Assembly (NCBI RefSeq): GCF_963853765.1 | Contig: NC_088856.1 | Location: 55,800,001-55,864,000 of the forward strand | Reading direction: 5' to 3' | DNA length: 64,000 nucleotides | DNA from: Magallana gigas | Lineage: Eukaryota | Shown here: positions 1 to 13,700 of the stretch, in pieces | Layout of the letters: every line of letters starts with the position of its first letter | Position numbering within the stretch: position 1 is the stretch's first letter | The notes under the pieces: model-generated | What the model was told of the DNA's origin: nothing | Database searches by the model: none | What the model saw: the letters and a program-made list of their open reading frames with translations, nothing else | Program-made: the position numbers and the translations under genes

Positions 1-1067
1 TTTAAATTCCATATATAGTATTAATTGAAAAAAAAACTTTTTCTAAATCTTTATCATCTTGAACTCAGAAGTAGAATTGGATCGATATGATAGTAAAGTA
101 TCAATGGCTCTAACTTGCTTGTTTATATATAATCTCTCTATCAAAGTAAAAAAAACCATAAAAACTAATCATATGCATGATTAATGATGAAGGAGGGCTC
201 GAAGTCTGAAGCCGGTCACAAAAATCTGTATTCATTTGTTTACGTATCACGACTCAAAACGAAGGAATGGAAGATTCTCATGGGTCTTAGCAAAGCTTTG
301 CGATAGTCAAAACGTGTCTTCAAACCTCAAGGACCCTAAGTTATTAATTAAATGTCAGGCATTTTTGGCATAACACTACGGGGCTTAGAAATTTCTGAAC
401 AATACTTGATGGATTTGTAGGTTTAGCTTGTTCTTTTTCCCGCGCACTGGTTCACAGAGCTCGCCGGCGAGATGCACTCGCTACAAGACTGTAATAAATC
501 ATGCCATACCATAAAACAGTGGTTTACAAACAGTTTACGAGTGAAACTCAACTCGCCTATCTAAGAAAGTCGTCATTGTCACTTTAACTGTTATGAAAAA
601 ATTTAAAAAAAATATAATTTATAAAAAAAATTGTACTTGTAGCTTGAATATTATTTGACTAAGTGTAGTTTAAAATCTAAATCGTCCATACATGTAAATG
701 ATGATTTGATTGAATCTAGGTTTAGATTCAGCAGGTGAGGGGTGGGGGCTTTTGTTCTTTTCTTTTTTTTTAAATATTAGTATTCAGAAAGAGTTGACTT
801 ATTGGAATTAAGAATGAGTTTAGGAAACTTCAACCTTGGATGTGGTCAACAAATTAGCCTTCAGATCTTCCTTAAACTTTTAGACATAGTGTTTTAGCGA
901 TTTACAACTATCTGGCAAAGACAAAATCCATATATTAAATCATTTACATTTGGACATTTTCCTATATTCTTATATAGATCCAGAACTCTCTATTTAAAGG
1001 AGATCACTACAGTATAAAAATGGCCACGACCATCAATCCCTCTAAATTCAAGGTATCACACCGGTAA

Positions 1068-1235
1068 AATATAAACAATAAATTGCTTTCGTTGATGATT
1101 CATTCGGTATATGAAGGTAGAGACATTGTAGAAAAAAATACAAAACCCGTGTTAGCGGGTTATACGTTGTCTGCAATGATCGTTACCTTCATAACCCGCA
1201 TGAATCATCAAAGAAAGTATTGTATTGTTTATATT
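1068..1235. mobile_element. Palindromic MITE-like element (~165 bp), copy 1
   Basis: Long imperfect inverted arms (aatataaacaata...gatgattcat...tatgaaggta / taccttcata...atgaatcatc...tattgtttatatt) around a short centre; a related copy lies at 2381-2548. Confidence 0.7.
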
Positions 1236-2380
1236 AACATTTTTTAACTTAATAATAAATTGATTATATAAAGTTAGTAAAATTCATTTAATTATTGTTA
1301 ATGTACATAAGTACGTTAGCTAAAAAAACAGCCAACCGTCTCATGAGAGACTTGAGTCTGACATCATCATGATTACTTCGTGCAGTCCGTGATTACGAGT
1401 TGATGTATATCAACTCAGTATAGTCACTGCAAAGGGGTTTCCCATCACTGGGTTAAATCACATTTTCGTATTGATGGTCAGACTAATACATCAATTATCA
1501 AAATGCAATGATATGAATCATGAAAGGATGACTTCTTTTATCGGAGGTAAAATTTGTTGTCATCGTATTTTAATCAACAAAAAATCATGATTTTCTTTCT
1601 GTTAATTGATATCAATCCGCACAAGAATATAGGTTCAAGGAAAATCTTCTGACACATTTCATATACTAAGGATACATTATTGTTGCCATCAATAAATTGT
1701 ATAAAACATATCAAGTATGTTTCTTCATAACTAAGAACATTTTAATTGACTGATAAAAATGTCGCTATAATTAAATTTGACGTATGTACATGTACATGAA
1801 ACTTCAGTGATATCCGCGCTGTAATCGCTTTTATGCAGATGAGCTCAGCTCAGTGGTGGACGTCTAACGTTTTCCCCACACAAGAGTTGAAATTCAAGAT
1901 CATGAATGCGTTTCATAGCGTTGATTAAGAAATAGTATCATAAACATGATTTTTTTTTACAAATCGGTTTGATAAACAGAGGAAAACTATTTTACCCAGT
2001 CTATAGAATGGTAGTTTGTAGTTAATGGTGTGCATTTTGGACATGAGTATAATTTTGTCATTTTTTTTGTTTTTTTTTTTGTTTTGTTTTTTTTTTTGCT
2101 TTTTGGTGTAATGATTTGAATTTTATATTAGTATATTATATTTATATATCAATGTAGAATAACTTTAAATGCTCTATAATAAAAACAACAAGACGGAAAT
2201 CTACCAGCCCCGTTTATCGATTGGTCAAAAACTACGCAGCAACCTAAGAAAAATCACGGACTGCACGGAATATAATAATGGGGAGGATTTTGGTGTTTCT
2301 TTTAGCTAACGTACTGCTGTACATTAACAGTAATTTTGTTAATTTTACAATCAATTTATTAATTTGTTAAAAAGGTGTAA

Positions 2381-2548
2381 ATAAAAACAATAAAATGCGT
2401 CTTTGATGATTCATTTGGGTTATGAAGGTAGCGAACATTGCAGAAAAATATTATATAACCCGCTAACGCGGATAATGTATTTTTTCTGCTATGTCGCCAC
2501 CATCATATCCCCCATGAATCACCCAAGAAAGCATTTTATTGTTTAGAT
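2381..2548. mobile_element. Palindromic MITE-like element, copy 2
   Basis: Same motifs as 1068-1235 (aacaataaaatgc, tttgatgattcat, ttatgaaggtag, cattgcagaaaaa, aacccgctaacgcgg), more diverged. Confidence 0.65.
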
Positions 2549-3020
2549 ATAACACAGGCACCTGACCTTTTAAAAAACTTTTTTCTCTAAATGAAAAAAA
2601 AGAATTTTAAAGAGAAAAGTTTAAAACGTCACGTGCATGTGATTTATTAAACCCTCTAAAAAATTTGTGTCCATGCAGTTTTGTAAAAATGGTTTGAAAT
2701 GTAATGTAAAAATAGATGAAGGTTCTGAAAAGAAGTATAATAATTTAAGGAATGACAGAAAAAGAGACCATCATTTGATCATATTGACGGTTTGCTTTCA
2801 TTGAAGTAAATACGATAAATCACAGGCACATACAATATACATTTTTTCATAATAAAAAATATATAGCAACCCTCTACCTAATAATAAGGTACCGGTATAG
2901 AAGGTAGCTATATAATTTAATTATGAGAAAGATAAATATAACATTAATTAAATGTGGCCGAATGAATGAACTTAACATTATTTGTGTTGATCGACATAGC
3001 AATACAAACCACCTGTTTAA

Positions 3021-3339
3021 AGCTGCATGGTCTAATTATTATCCATACAAACCAATTATCTTATTTTTGTTTTGCCACAACTCACATTAACACTCGATGT
3101 CAAAGTCGTAATACAATCATCCCCACCTCGACTGCAGGGACGAATTTGGATATGAGGCGAAATAACGCGATACCCTTTTTATGACGTTTGTTTTGTTAAA
3201 AAAACTATAATTATTTTCATTGATATATGGCTTAATTGACCGGGAAAACTACCGCAATGTCTGTTATCATACACATACTTAGCATAACCATCGTTTAAAA
3301 GCGTACACAAAATTTGATATAAAATCGGATCATGCAGCT
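3021..3339. mobile_element. TTAA-flanked non-autonomous DNA transposon (Kolobok/piggyBac-type)
   Basis: TTAA|agctgcatggtc ... gatcatgcagct|TTAA: terminal inverted repeats with TTAA on both sides. Confidence 0.65.
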
Positions 3340-4249
3340 TTAAAAAAGGTGTTGTACTGTTTTCCTGTTTTTGTATGCGTAATTTGCAGACTAAACAACA
3401 AGTAGAACTCATATTTATTGCCTTTTTATGTTATGACAACTGTTTTAGTCAGTTTTGGGCAAAAACAAACCAGTTCAATATATGTTTACATTTTGACCCT
3501 CAAATGTAAAAGATGGCCGAACATCCCTCTATATGATATTTAGATTATCAACAGAAGACAGCACATTTGATGGAAATTCATACTAACAAAACACATATGT
3601 AAACAATAACAAGACTCGGGTATTGCTTACAAAACAAAGAAATAAAAACTCTTAATCGTGCTTCTCCCTTAATATATGACTTTTAAATTTTGGCAAGACA
3701 TTAAAAATACCCAAATTAACCATTCTGAACATAAAGAAAAAGGAAAAATGAAATTTTAAATGTTCTGTCGAAGTCAATTTAAAGAATATTTAGATAATTT
3801 AAAAAATGATCTTTCACGATTCATGATTTTTTATCTTTGATATGTTGTGGCCTAGTATAATAAGATACCCATATACTTTATTTATTATTTATTTCAAGTT
3901 CTGCTTATTGAGAGCAGAAAAGGGGCAATAAATGTCTAATTTCTGAAGCATCAACTCGTGTCAGTTCTTTCAGTACTTTGATTTTTCATAGGTTGCTGTA
4001 GGTTTCGACCAGTCGATAAACAGGGCGTATTAATTTCTGTCCTGTCAGTTTCTTGTCAGTTCCAGCTGCTGTAGATTTCGACCAATCGATAAACGGGACG
4101 TGTAGATTTCAGTCTGGCTGTTTCTATTAAGCTATGATTTAACTATAAGTTTTCGTAAAAAATAGAGGGAACAATACATGGTAAATGCAAATATATCTGA
4201 TTGAGAATACCTTGGCTCATCAGTATACGGTCATAGATATAGCACACAC

Positions 4250-4394
4250 CTGGCCCCACCGTCACCAAAATTTTCAAATCCCTCAACTCATTCCTCAACT
4301 CAAATCCTCAACAGAAACATGCATAAATTTGAGGTCAAACCTCAGATTTGAGGCTGAGTATTGACTTGAGGAAAGTTGGTGATGGCGGGGCCAG
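4250..4394. mobile_element. ~145-bp MITE
   Basis: TIR ctggccccaccgtcacc / ggtgatggcggggccag; an opposite-orientation copy of the same family lies at 23184-23325. Confidence 0.7.
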
Positions 4395-4572
4395 ACATTC
4401 CGCTATTGACGAGGACGATCAAAACTATAACTTCACTTTGTGTACAAAATGGTTAGAGTGTTGGACTTGTTCCTGAGTGCAAATCCCCTGACTTTAACTC
4501 CTGCTTAATAAAAATGACATGTCCGCACATGTCATATTAAATATAAAAGCGGGGGTTAGATTCAACTATTAA

Positions 4573-5456
4573 GGGTGTTATTTACTCAGGGTTTGAGTTC
4601 TCAAATTCCGATTGTTATAAAGTTCAATGTAATGAGTAAAATTTGTTCTAAACACAAGAAGTATTTATGAAATGAATTATTATTGACAAAACATTGAATA
4701 GTTTTACTTTATTATGAAATTAGGCTCAAACAAAAATTGACTTTAAGTCAAACAGAGAAAATTCGGACTAAATTTTGCAGATTTTGTTTTCTGCTAAAAG
4801 TTTTTTGGCAGTAGTCTAATGTTAAAAGTTAGGATTTTATATTTAAGTGTATGTAATTTTGCATATTTTCCCTTAGTTTTACATCACTTATTCATAAAAA
4901 TAATCTTATGGCATGAATAATAAAAATATTGAAAAATGCTTAAAAACGATAAAAGACACCATATCTCAAAAGATCATTGACCTCATATAAATTTTATGCC
5001 AACAGAATAAGGTCAATTTAAGTAGTTCAATACCATAAATGTTTTTGTATTATCATCATTCAATTTTTTGTAAAATTGAATAAAAAATGGGAAGGGATTT
5101 GAAAAATTATAGAGGAAATTCGGACTGAATTATTTTTAAAAATTTATGCTGAAATCTTAATGTTGTGTACTTATTTAGTGCCACTACCATTCATAAAGTG
5201 TATCTTATTTTTTAAAGTGTTTAATTATTTGTGATATTTTTTTGATTAAGAAAATCTCAATCGTAGTGTAAAATTTTATGGGATTTTTCTTGATTTTTCA
5301 ATAAATATTCAATGGCCATTAACTCAAAAAGTAGGTCATTGACCTACTTTTCTGAAAGTGAAAAATAACAATACAAGCAAAGGACTATAACACACAATAT
5401 ATGGTTTTTCATTATCATCAGTGGATTTTTTTTTTCATTCTGAGTAAACGTCATCC
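4573..5456. mobile_element. TTAA-flanked non-autonomous DNA transposon (~880 bp, Kolobok-like)
   Basis: TTAA|gggtgttatttactcag ... ctgagtaaacgtcatcc|TTAA; very AT-rich interior without ORF. Confidence 0.65.
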
Positions 5457-6324
5457 TTAAACACAAAATTTTAAGAATATTGTACAGATATATCAGTTGA
5501 TTAGTTTTAATATACGCTATTTTTTGAGTCCAGATATTTGAATAAAAGGACTTTAAATTCTTTAAACTTAAATTTCAAGAGGAAAAAAACAACTTTGAGT
5601 ATTAGTCTTACCTGTTTTGCTTGTAAACATTGCTGTAATACACGAGTAACTTCCCTTTCGGCTATGATCTCGCTGAACATAGGTGGATCCTGGTTTTGGT
5701 GATTACAAATTTTGTGTGATATTATTGGGCTTCTCCTCATTTATTTGTCTGTAATAATGGTCCTTTAAAATATATATTTAACTATAAATCTTTTTGGTGA
5801 AAATTATTAATGAAAGGAATTACATTATATTTATGTATTTATGCATTTATAGTATGTCCAAAGATCTATGCTGCACATTTGGACGATTTTTAATAAAACA
5901 AATACCTGTCAAAGATGTGCAATTCAAGTACATGAAAGGGTAAATATCTAACATCTTCATTCACTCGTAATCCTTTTTACTTGGAAAAAATTACAGGAAC
6001 AAAAACAAATTTCTTACGGAGATTTATCACGGTGGATTTTGACATCTTTTCTTTATTCGGAAGACACTCTGAATACTACCGCAATTTTTCAACGCTATCA
6101 TTTGGGCCTGTTGCAATACTTGTAGACATCCCCGTGTCATTTTGAACAATGTATTAAAACCTGATAAACTTGAGGGGGCGTTTCAATTGAGATGAAATCT
6201 GGGGTATAGTAATACGTATCTATTAATATCGAGTGATTTAGTAAAATGTGAATCCAGGATATCTTGGGACAGAGTATACAGAAGGAAAGGAGGAATAAAC
6301 ATATAACTACACTAAAAACACTGA

Positions 6325-6470
6325 ACCCCTGCAACTCTAGTCAGGGGCTTTACCACTGAGCTACCATACAGGCCGATATCCACGGTCCATATATCCCCAA
6401 CTACTACATTCCTCCCTCCTTAAATAGTCTTCGACCCCGAAGACACAACACATGTTCACCCTGTCAGGAA
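6325..6470 (-). repeat. tRNA-derived (SINE-like) fragment
   Basis: Minus strand reads ggtagctcagtggtaaagcccctgactagagttgcaggggttc: tRNA-like A box, truncated B box, no complete cloverleaf. Confidence 0.4.
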
Positions 6471-6784
6471 CATTCACTAATATTTGAAATAAATACTTTT
6501 AAAATATTACATGCATAAATTCCAGCAAATAGGACAATATTTTGATAGGGACGAACATTTTAATTCATTAAATAGATATTGGTACTGGCTTATGGACAGA
6601 TGTCAGATTCTATAATAACATTTTAATACACGTAGCTCCCGAGGGTTTCATCTTCCCTGACTCTGTTTAGCTGCATAGTTTTCACAACAACATAAATACT
6701 AATGATGAAAATATAAAACATTTAAAAAGGCATCTAACAGAATCATAAAATAATTGAAGAGGAAGCACGTGGAGGGGGCTTTAA

Positions 6785-9162
6785 TCAAGTCACACAATCG
6801 TTGAGCGTTAGTTCGTTGTAGCACGTTTCACAGACTGGGATCCGCTCCCCGTTAGGTATGGTGATTTGTTGTTGGTAGCAGGATCCGCACACGTTCTCTA
6901 TACAGCGTGTACATTGGAACTGTGAACAGAAACAGTCCTATTATACGGTGGGTTAGGTATATACATGTACATGTAATATACACGCATGGCTATCTACATC
7001 AGACTGTTTAATTCTCCCGTACGTATGTCTTTTTTTTTTATCTTTAGTTATACATCGAAGTTTTTTGCGGTATGAATTATCTAAGTTTTATAAACCTAAA
7101 TCGAGGTACTTGTACCTGCTGTCAATTCTTCAAGATATTGTGTTTTGTTTTTTTAAATAAATCCAAAGGTAATTTTAAAGATTTTCTTGCTAAGTTAGGT
7201 TTTACATACAAATCAATGAATACTTCAATCTTTCATTTGACTATATTCTGTAAAATGTCACTCATTGTTTTTACTTTATGAAATATTCTGAAGAATTGAA
7301 GTATTTAACACTCCTAGCTTCTGTATACTTTACCTTGTGTTCCGATGAGTTGTTCTGCTTCTGACAGACTGCACACTTCCAGTACTGGGGCCGGGGGTTA
7401 CTTGCCTCGTCTCGTACTATTCGCTCCTCTACCTAAAAGTTCATGCCGTATTATGAGAAAGTGTTAATAATAAGACGGATTATATTTTTCATAAAAAATG
7501 GAAACCATACAATTGTGTATTTGATATGATTGATCTCTCTTTTCTGAATTCTTATTCTTGAAAAAAAAAACCCTCTGAAAATCTGGTGGTTTAAGTATTT
7601 TAATAATCTTTTTTTTCAATTTGATTATCAAAGATCTTTTGCATAAAAGGTCAAAACAATCTACCATATCTAAATTTCGGTCGGGCTCGGGCTCCGCAGG
7701 AATTTCCATTTCTTCCTGAGCTTCCAGATCCGTTTGCTGCGTATCTAGCGTTTGTCCAGGCATAGAGTAGCCGGGCGGAGGACTCCGGTACATCTCGTAG
7801 GGTGGGGGTGGGCTGTGGTACCGGATGTTGGAGCGGGCCCGCATCGGGTAGATCAGGTTGGAGCGAGGGCGCAGACGCCGCCGGCTGTCATTCCGCCAGT
7901 TCGAAGTCTCTGTTTCTTTATAGTACTCGGCTGTAACATATATTTAAAATTATTATAAAGAATTTTGTAACTGATGCAAACACTTGCTAAATAACTTGAT
8001 TAAATCTAGTATCATATGAGTAAGTTTGTACACGTACAAAATACAGAAGTTTGTATTATGAAAAATTATGATAAATTTTTATTAAAAATTGCGAGTTGTC
8101 CTTCCGAAGGGATAAATATGTTTAAATTTTCCTTTATAAATTTCAATAAAATGTTTTCACTTGTTATTTTAAAAGGGTAAAAAGGAAGAATTCTCACGGC
8201 AAAAATGTTCTCGACTATTTTTTACTTTAATAAGTTCAACTCTTTGTCACTGACAGTTGTTCATATCAATGTTACATTTTGTGTAGAGTTATGATTTAAC
8301 CTGAGTTTCCTATCAGAGACACTCCCCAGATTCCGCTCCAGATCCAACCAATCAGAAAACAGGACACCATCAGCAGCTGGAGGACCCCAATCACCACCAC
8401 AACGAGGCTGGAGATGTAGCGCTGTTTGGGGGTCAGATCGTCCGTCTTGGCGCAGCACAGAACGGAGAACCCGGATATCATAGTGCCTACAAAGGAGAAT
8501 GGATCATTTACAATGGGAAACTCTGTTGTGTGTATAGATCTTTAGAGCGTTACGGAAAAAATTCAGGTTGACACGCCGAAGCTACCTGTATCCTTAACGA
8601 TGTGTATTACAGTCAATGTACAGACTTGTAATGTAAACCACTATTTATAATATTCAGATCGTTTTATTTTGTATGTATGCAATTACTCGTTTCATTACAC
8701 GTAAATTGTAGAATCTATAATTTGAGGCTATGTTTAAACAAAAAAGGTTGATATTCTACCTTAGTTAAAACAGGTTAGCTCAAATTTTTGTACTAGGTAC
8801 CATAAAAAACAGAGAGAGACAGAGAGAGATGCTAACCCACCCCCACCTTCAACCAACCTCTATCTGCGCATACCATAAGTGGTAGATATAAATAATGCAC
8901 ATCTGAAAAAAGCCTACAGACCTACTCCTGGGAGTAGGAAGTTCGTCATACAGCACACCACGGCCAACTCCAGGGGCAGGATGGGTAACATGATGGCGTC
9001 ATCAATCGAGTCATCGTCATCAACATCCGGGACATCCTCCGTCAGCCAGGAGCGGCGCCTATCAACGTATCGAGGGGGGTCCCCGGGGGTTGAAGTTGGG
9101 GGATCGGCTCCAGGGGTATCGGCGGGGCACGAGGCGGCAGATGCTTGTTCTGTGTTTGACAT
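6785..9162 (-). CDS. Spec3/STUM-family membrane protein with PPxY motifs and C-terminal FYVE-like zinc finger (~308 aa)
   Basis: Exons 9162-8922, 8486-8301, 7930-7665, 7432-7334, 6919-6785; all GT-AG, phases 1,1,0,0, open to TGA. ILPLELAVVCCMTNFLLPGVGTMISG...GVLQLLMVSCFLIGWIWSGIWG is the Spec3/stum hydrophobic signature. C-terminus CAVC-x12-CTRC-x4-CGSC-x15-CETC. Confidence 0.85.
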
Positions 9163-9983
9163 TTCACGTTAATCCAGACAGGAATTTGGCACAATTCATA
9201 ACTTTAGAGCTTTTTTATTGAGTAAGGTGTATTCCATTTTTTCTGAACACAAATTCTTTTGAATTATAACAGCCAAGATTTATCCTCTGTATGGCACATT
9301 CAAGTCAGTTTTTCTCTCTTGAATTTGTTTATCTTTGAATATGAATGAAGCTTTAAAAACCCACACTTAATGAATATATCCTCAAGATTCGACAAATGAA
9401 AATAAAAATAGTCGAGAAATCAATTAAAACCCGACATGCGACTAGCTTCGTACACACTTCGGTAGAGTGAAAGTGACAATTCATCCATAGAAAAATGTTT
9501 TGACAGAAATGAACAGGTTTAAAGGTCGCAAATCGTCTTAGGTTTTGTTCAGTAACTAATTATGTTTGTTTACCCTGTAAAGAGATATTCTGCGGCAGGT
9601 ATTGGGGGTTGCTCCTATGTAGATTTAATGACGTATCAGGCCCCAGATTATCTGACAATGGATTGGAACTAAAGATTTAATATCTCTGTGATAATCATAG
9701 GAAATATGGCGTATCAATAGATAATGCCGATTTAATCCACTGCCGACTGTGATAATTTGCAGTTGTTTAAATGACTTTTGCGGTTAACCGAGTGCGTTAA
9801 TTGTTTGATCTATGCCCTGCACTTCAAACTTCTCAAGACGAACGGTTTAAATTATCGTGTAGGTTGAATAAAAGTCCTGTATAATTCTTCTTATTATTAT
9901 GATATAACGTCAATATTATAACCGAAAACAGTGAACAATGCAGAGATGGGCACTATGCAGATATATCAACGTATAGCATCTCG

Positions 9984-10025
9984 GGGGGGGGGGGGGGGGG
10001 GGGGGTGGGGGGGGTGGGGGGGGGG
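9984..10025. repeat. Poly-G tract (G-quadruplex-prone), with poly-C tracts nearby at ~10257-10272 and ~10343-10362
   Basis: About 40 nt of nearly pure G, in the intergenic region between divergently oriented genes. Confidence 0.85.
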
Positions 10026-10751
10026 TTACTAGCGTCTTATTGGTAGAGAACTGTTTCGCACATCCTTGTTACGATATATTCTCCAACCTCGTGTCTCACT
10101 TTGTTGTTGATGATAAAGGAAAGCTCAGAAAAGTGAACACTTACTTATACAGGCACGTGTATTGACGGCACGACCTTTAATCCTCCCCCTCCCCTACTTC
10201 TTAAGCCACTCAGCACTATCCACACCTAGCGCCACCCATTAATTCCCCCAACCACCCCCCTCCCCCCCCCCCAAAAAAAAAAATAAACTCTCAAGGAGAT
10301 TGAGATTCAGTAAAGTAAGTTACTACAAAGGCATTTTATACCCCCCTCCTCCCCCCCCCCCCCACACACACACACACATATTAGTCACTGATCATAGGCG
10401 TAGGTGGAGGAGGTTTAAATAGCTATAGACATTTTTTTTCTTTCATTTACACACAAACTTATGAACCATATACATACATGAATCATTTACATCCATCATG
10501 CCCCTACCATACAGACAACACAAGTACTGGCAATAAATCTGAATTGTCAAAGTAAAAACACCCATATGATGAAACGTTTGAAAATTTTTGATATAATATT
10601 TAAAAAAATAAATAAATCCCTATTCTCTTTATTTAAACATTTAAGTTAGGTAAAAAAAATCTGTATTAGTTTTAGAATTCTAGCTCCTCTATAGCAATTG
10701 CCGTTATGGCTTCCCATACTGGACACTAGTGAGAGATATGCAGGTACTACA

Positions 10752-13700
10752 ATGGCTATGATTTCCGTGCGTTCTGGACTAGGTCTGTGGTGTATCATCC
10801 TGTCAGCAGGTTCAGTCACACTTACTTTACCCTTTACTCGCTTTAACTTGCAGACTTTTTAGGACAGACTCGTTCTTAAATTATAATTAATCTAAATATG
10901 TTTTTGTAAATGTTCATATGTTTGTGAACAATTTAAAGGAGCATGGTCACGTTTTTGGTCAATTTTTTTTCCAATTTTAATGTTAACTTTACAATGCTTT
11001 AGTAAGGTATTTTTAATAAACAACCAAAATTTGAGTGTCATTCGTTGAGTTATAAGCAAGTTACAGTTCTTACAATTCTTTACTATGTAAACAAAGCATT
11101 TATTTTGTTTACATTTTAAATGCTGAAGGAAAAATTCCAATTTCAAACCTAAAATGAATGTGTTAAACGTAAGAAACTGTTAATTCATGCTGAAAATTAA
11201 TAAGAAGATAACACATCAGCATGAACAAGATTTTTTACCGGTATATTAAACCTATGTAAACAAAAACAGGGCACGAGCCTTGTTTACATATCAAAGAATT
11301 ATGAGCTCTGTATCTTGCTTATTACTTAACGACTGACTCTCAAATTTCATTTGAACATTAGAAATGAATTTCTTAAGCATCTAAATAATAAAAACAGAAT
11401 TTGACCAAACTCGTGACCATGCCCCTTTAACATATAAACTAACTTAATATAAAAGTCCATTTATATGACTTCTCAATATATTTTAGATATTTCAGTGTAC
11501 TTTTTAAGTAACCCTTACGATTGAAAACGTTACCAGAAACACTGGTATTTACGGTTCACACCTACTGATTTTAGTAGTAAAGGATGTATAGACCAGAGCA
11601 CAGCGATAGCCACTGACCTATATATTGTTTGTAGTGACCACGGTTGAGGGGGCGTGTCCGGAGGGGTTTTTCCCGCATGGTGACTCTTGTTACTTCTTCT
11701 CCTCCAGCATGGAAGCTGACTGGATCGAGGCCGGGGTAATGTAAAATTACTGAGGAACGGTAACTCTGTAATATTGAGACCGAGGCCGGGATAATGTAAC
11801 GTTACTAATGAACGGTAACTCTGTAATATTAAAATAGAGGCGGGGGTAATGTAACGTTACTAATGAACGGTAACTCTGTAATATTAAGATCGAGGCCGGG
11901 ATGATGTAACGTTACTAAGAAACGGTAACTCTGTAATATTAAAATAGAGGCGGGGGTAATGTAACGTTACTAAGGAACGGTAACTCTGTAATATTGAGAT
12001 CGAGGCCGGGGTAATGTAACGTTACTAAGAAACACTAACTCTGTAATATTAAAATAGAGGCGGGGGTAATGTAACGTTACTAAGGAACGGTAACTCTGTA
12101 ATATTGAGATCGAGGCCGGGGTAATGTAACGTTACTAAGAAACGGTAACTCTGTAATATTAAGATCGAGGCCGGGGTAATGTAACGTTACTAATGAACGG
12201 TAACTCTGTAATATTAGAATAGAGGCGGGGGTAATGTAACGTTACTAAGGAACGGTAACTCTGTAATATTGAGATCGAGGCCGGGGTAATGTAACGTTAC
12301 TAAGAAACAGTAACTCTGTAATATTAAAATAGAGGCGGGGGTAATGTAACGTTACTAAGGAACGGTAACTCTGTACTATTAAGATCGAGGCCGGGATGAT
12401 GTAACGTTACTAAGAAACGGTAACTCTGTAATATTAAAATAGAGGCGGGGGTAATGTAACGTTACTAAGGAACGGTAACTCTGTAATATTGAGATCGAGG
12501 CCGGGGTAATGTAACGTTACTAAGAAACAGTAACTCTGTAATATTAAGATAGAGGCGGGGGTAATGTAACGTTACTAAGGAACGGTAACTCTGTAATATT
12601 GAGATCGAGGCCGGGGTAATGTAACGTTACTAATGAACGGTAACTCTGTAATATTGAGATCGAGGCCGGGGTAATGTAACGGTACTAAGGAACGGTTACT
12701 CTGAAATATTAAGATTTTACATCGAAGGGCAAACCCCTCTAACTGCTAATAAAGGACCTCGATATAAGAACTCTTCAGTGTATAGAATACAGTATGTCAT
12801 TAATACTCAGGTTTTACTCTACATGTACATTGAAGCAGGCACGGGCTTGGGTGATCAATAATTGAGGTTCAGAGCGACAGATTTTATGACCAAAATTCAT
12901 CCAATCAACGCATTAACGAAAAAAAATAAAGATAATTAGGATGTAATGCTAGGTAAAAATTTATTTCACTGATCTGAATTATCATCTTGGAGGAGAAACA
13001 GATAATTTTGACGTATTGCTCAACAAGTTGTCCTCTTTGCCCCTAGCTTTAATGGAAAATCGTCAAAACCGATTGTAGGTCAGAGGCACTGGAATGTAGG
13101 CGTAAATATACATGTACATACAGATAGCAAAAACAGTGACCTTATAGACGCGATTGAATGACTTCATGACATAGCTATAGGTTAAACTGTCGACAGCACA
13201 TATACAAATAAATGACGTATTTGTAGTATTAAACTTGTTGATTTGTTTGTCTTTTAATATTTTTTTTCTTTTTCAGTTTTTCTGTAACCGATTTAATGGG
13301 GGAGACTTAGTTGCCGTCGAATCGCATTCAGAAAACGAGTTTCTGTATCAAATACTACATTTTATGCGTTCAGATAGTAAGTACCTGTATAATACGATAA
13401 AGTTCATTGATTTTACGTCACGTTAATGACGTAGTGTTAAGACACACGCAGTGTTTGCATAATTATGCGAACTGAAAACAATGTAAAGAAGTTTACGAGA
13501 CTTTGGGCGTACAGATAATTTTTACGTTAATTTTCTAAATATGATATTTCATGCTGTGAACTATTATTAGACAAAGAAATCATCAAATTTTATAGCTTTA
13601 AAAATTGAATGTTTCCCATTACTTTACTGTCTGAAGGAGATTAATGTATACGTAGTGTAAAAAATGGCCGCGACCATTGAGCTTTCGTGGTGTTTTAAAA

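Noticed and set aside
3990-4105. ~70-bp duplicated motif with an inverted relative at ~2205-2260
   Set aside because: No sustained reading frame; consistent with fragments of a dispersed repeat.
11722-12710. Regular repeat arrays (also 28641-29768) as possible CRISPR arrays
   Set aside because: Head-to-tail units with no unique spacers, no cas genes, eukaryotic intronic context.
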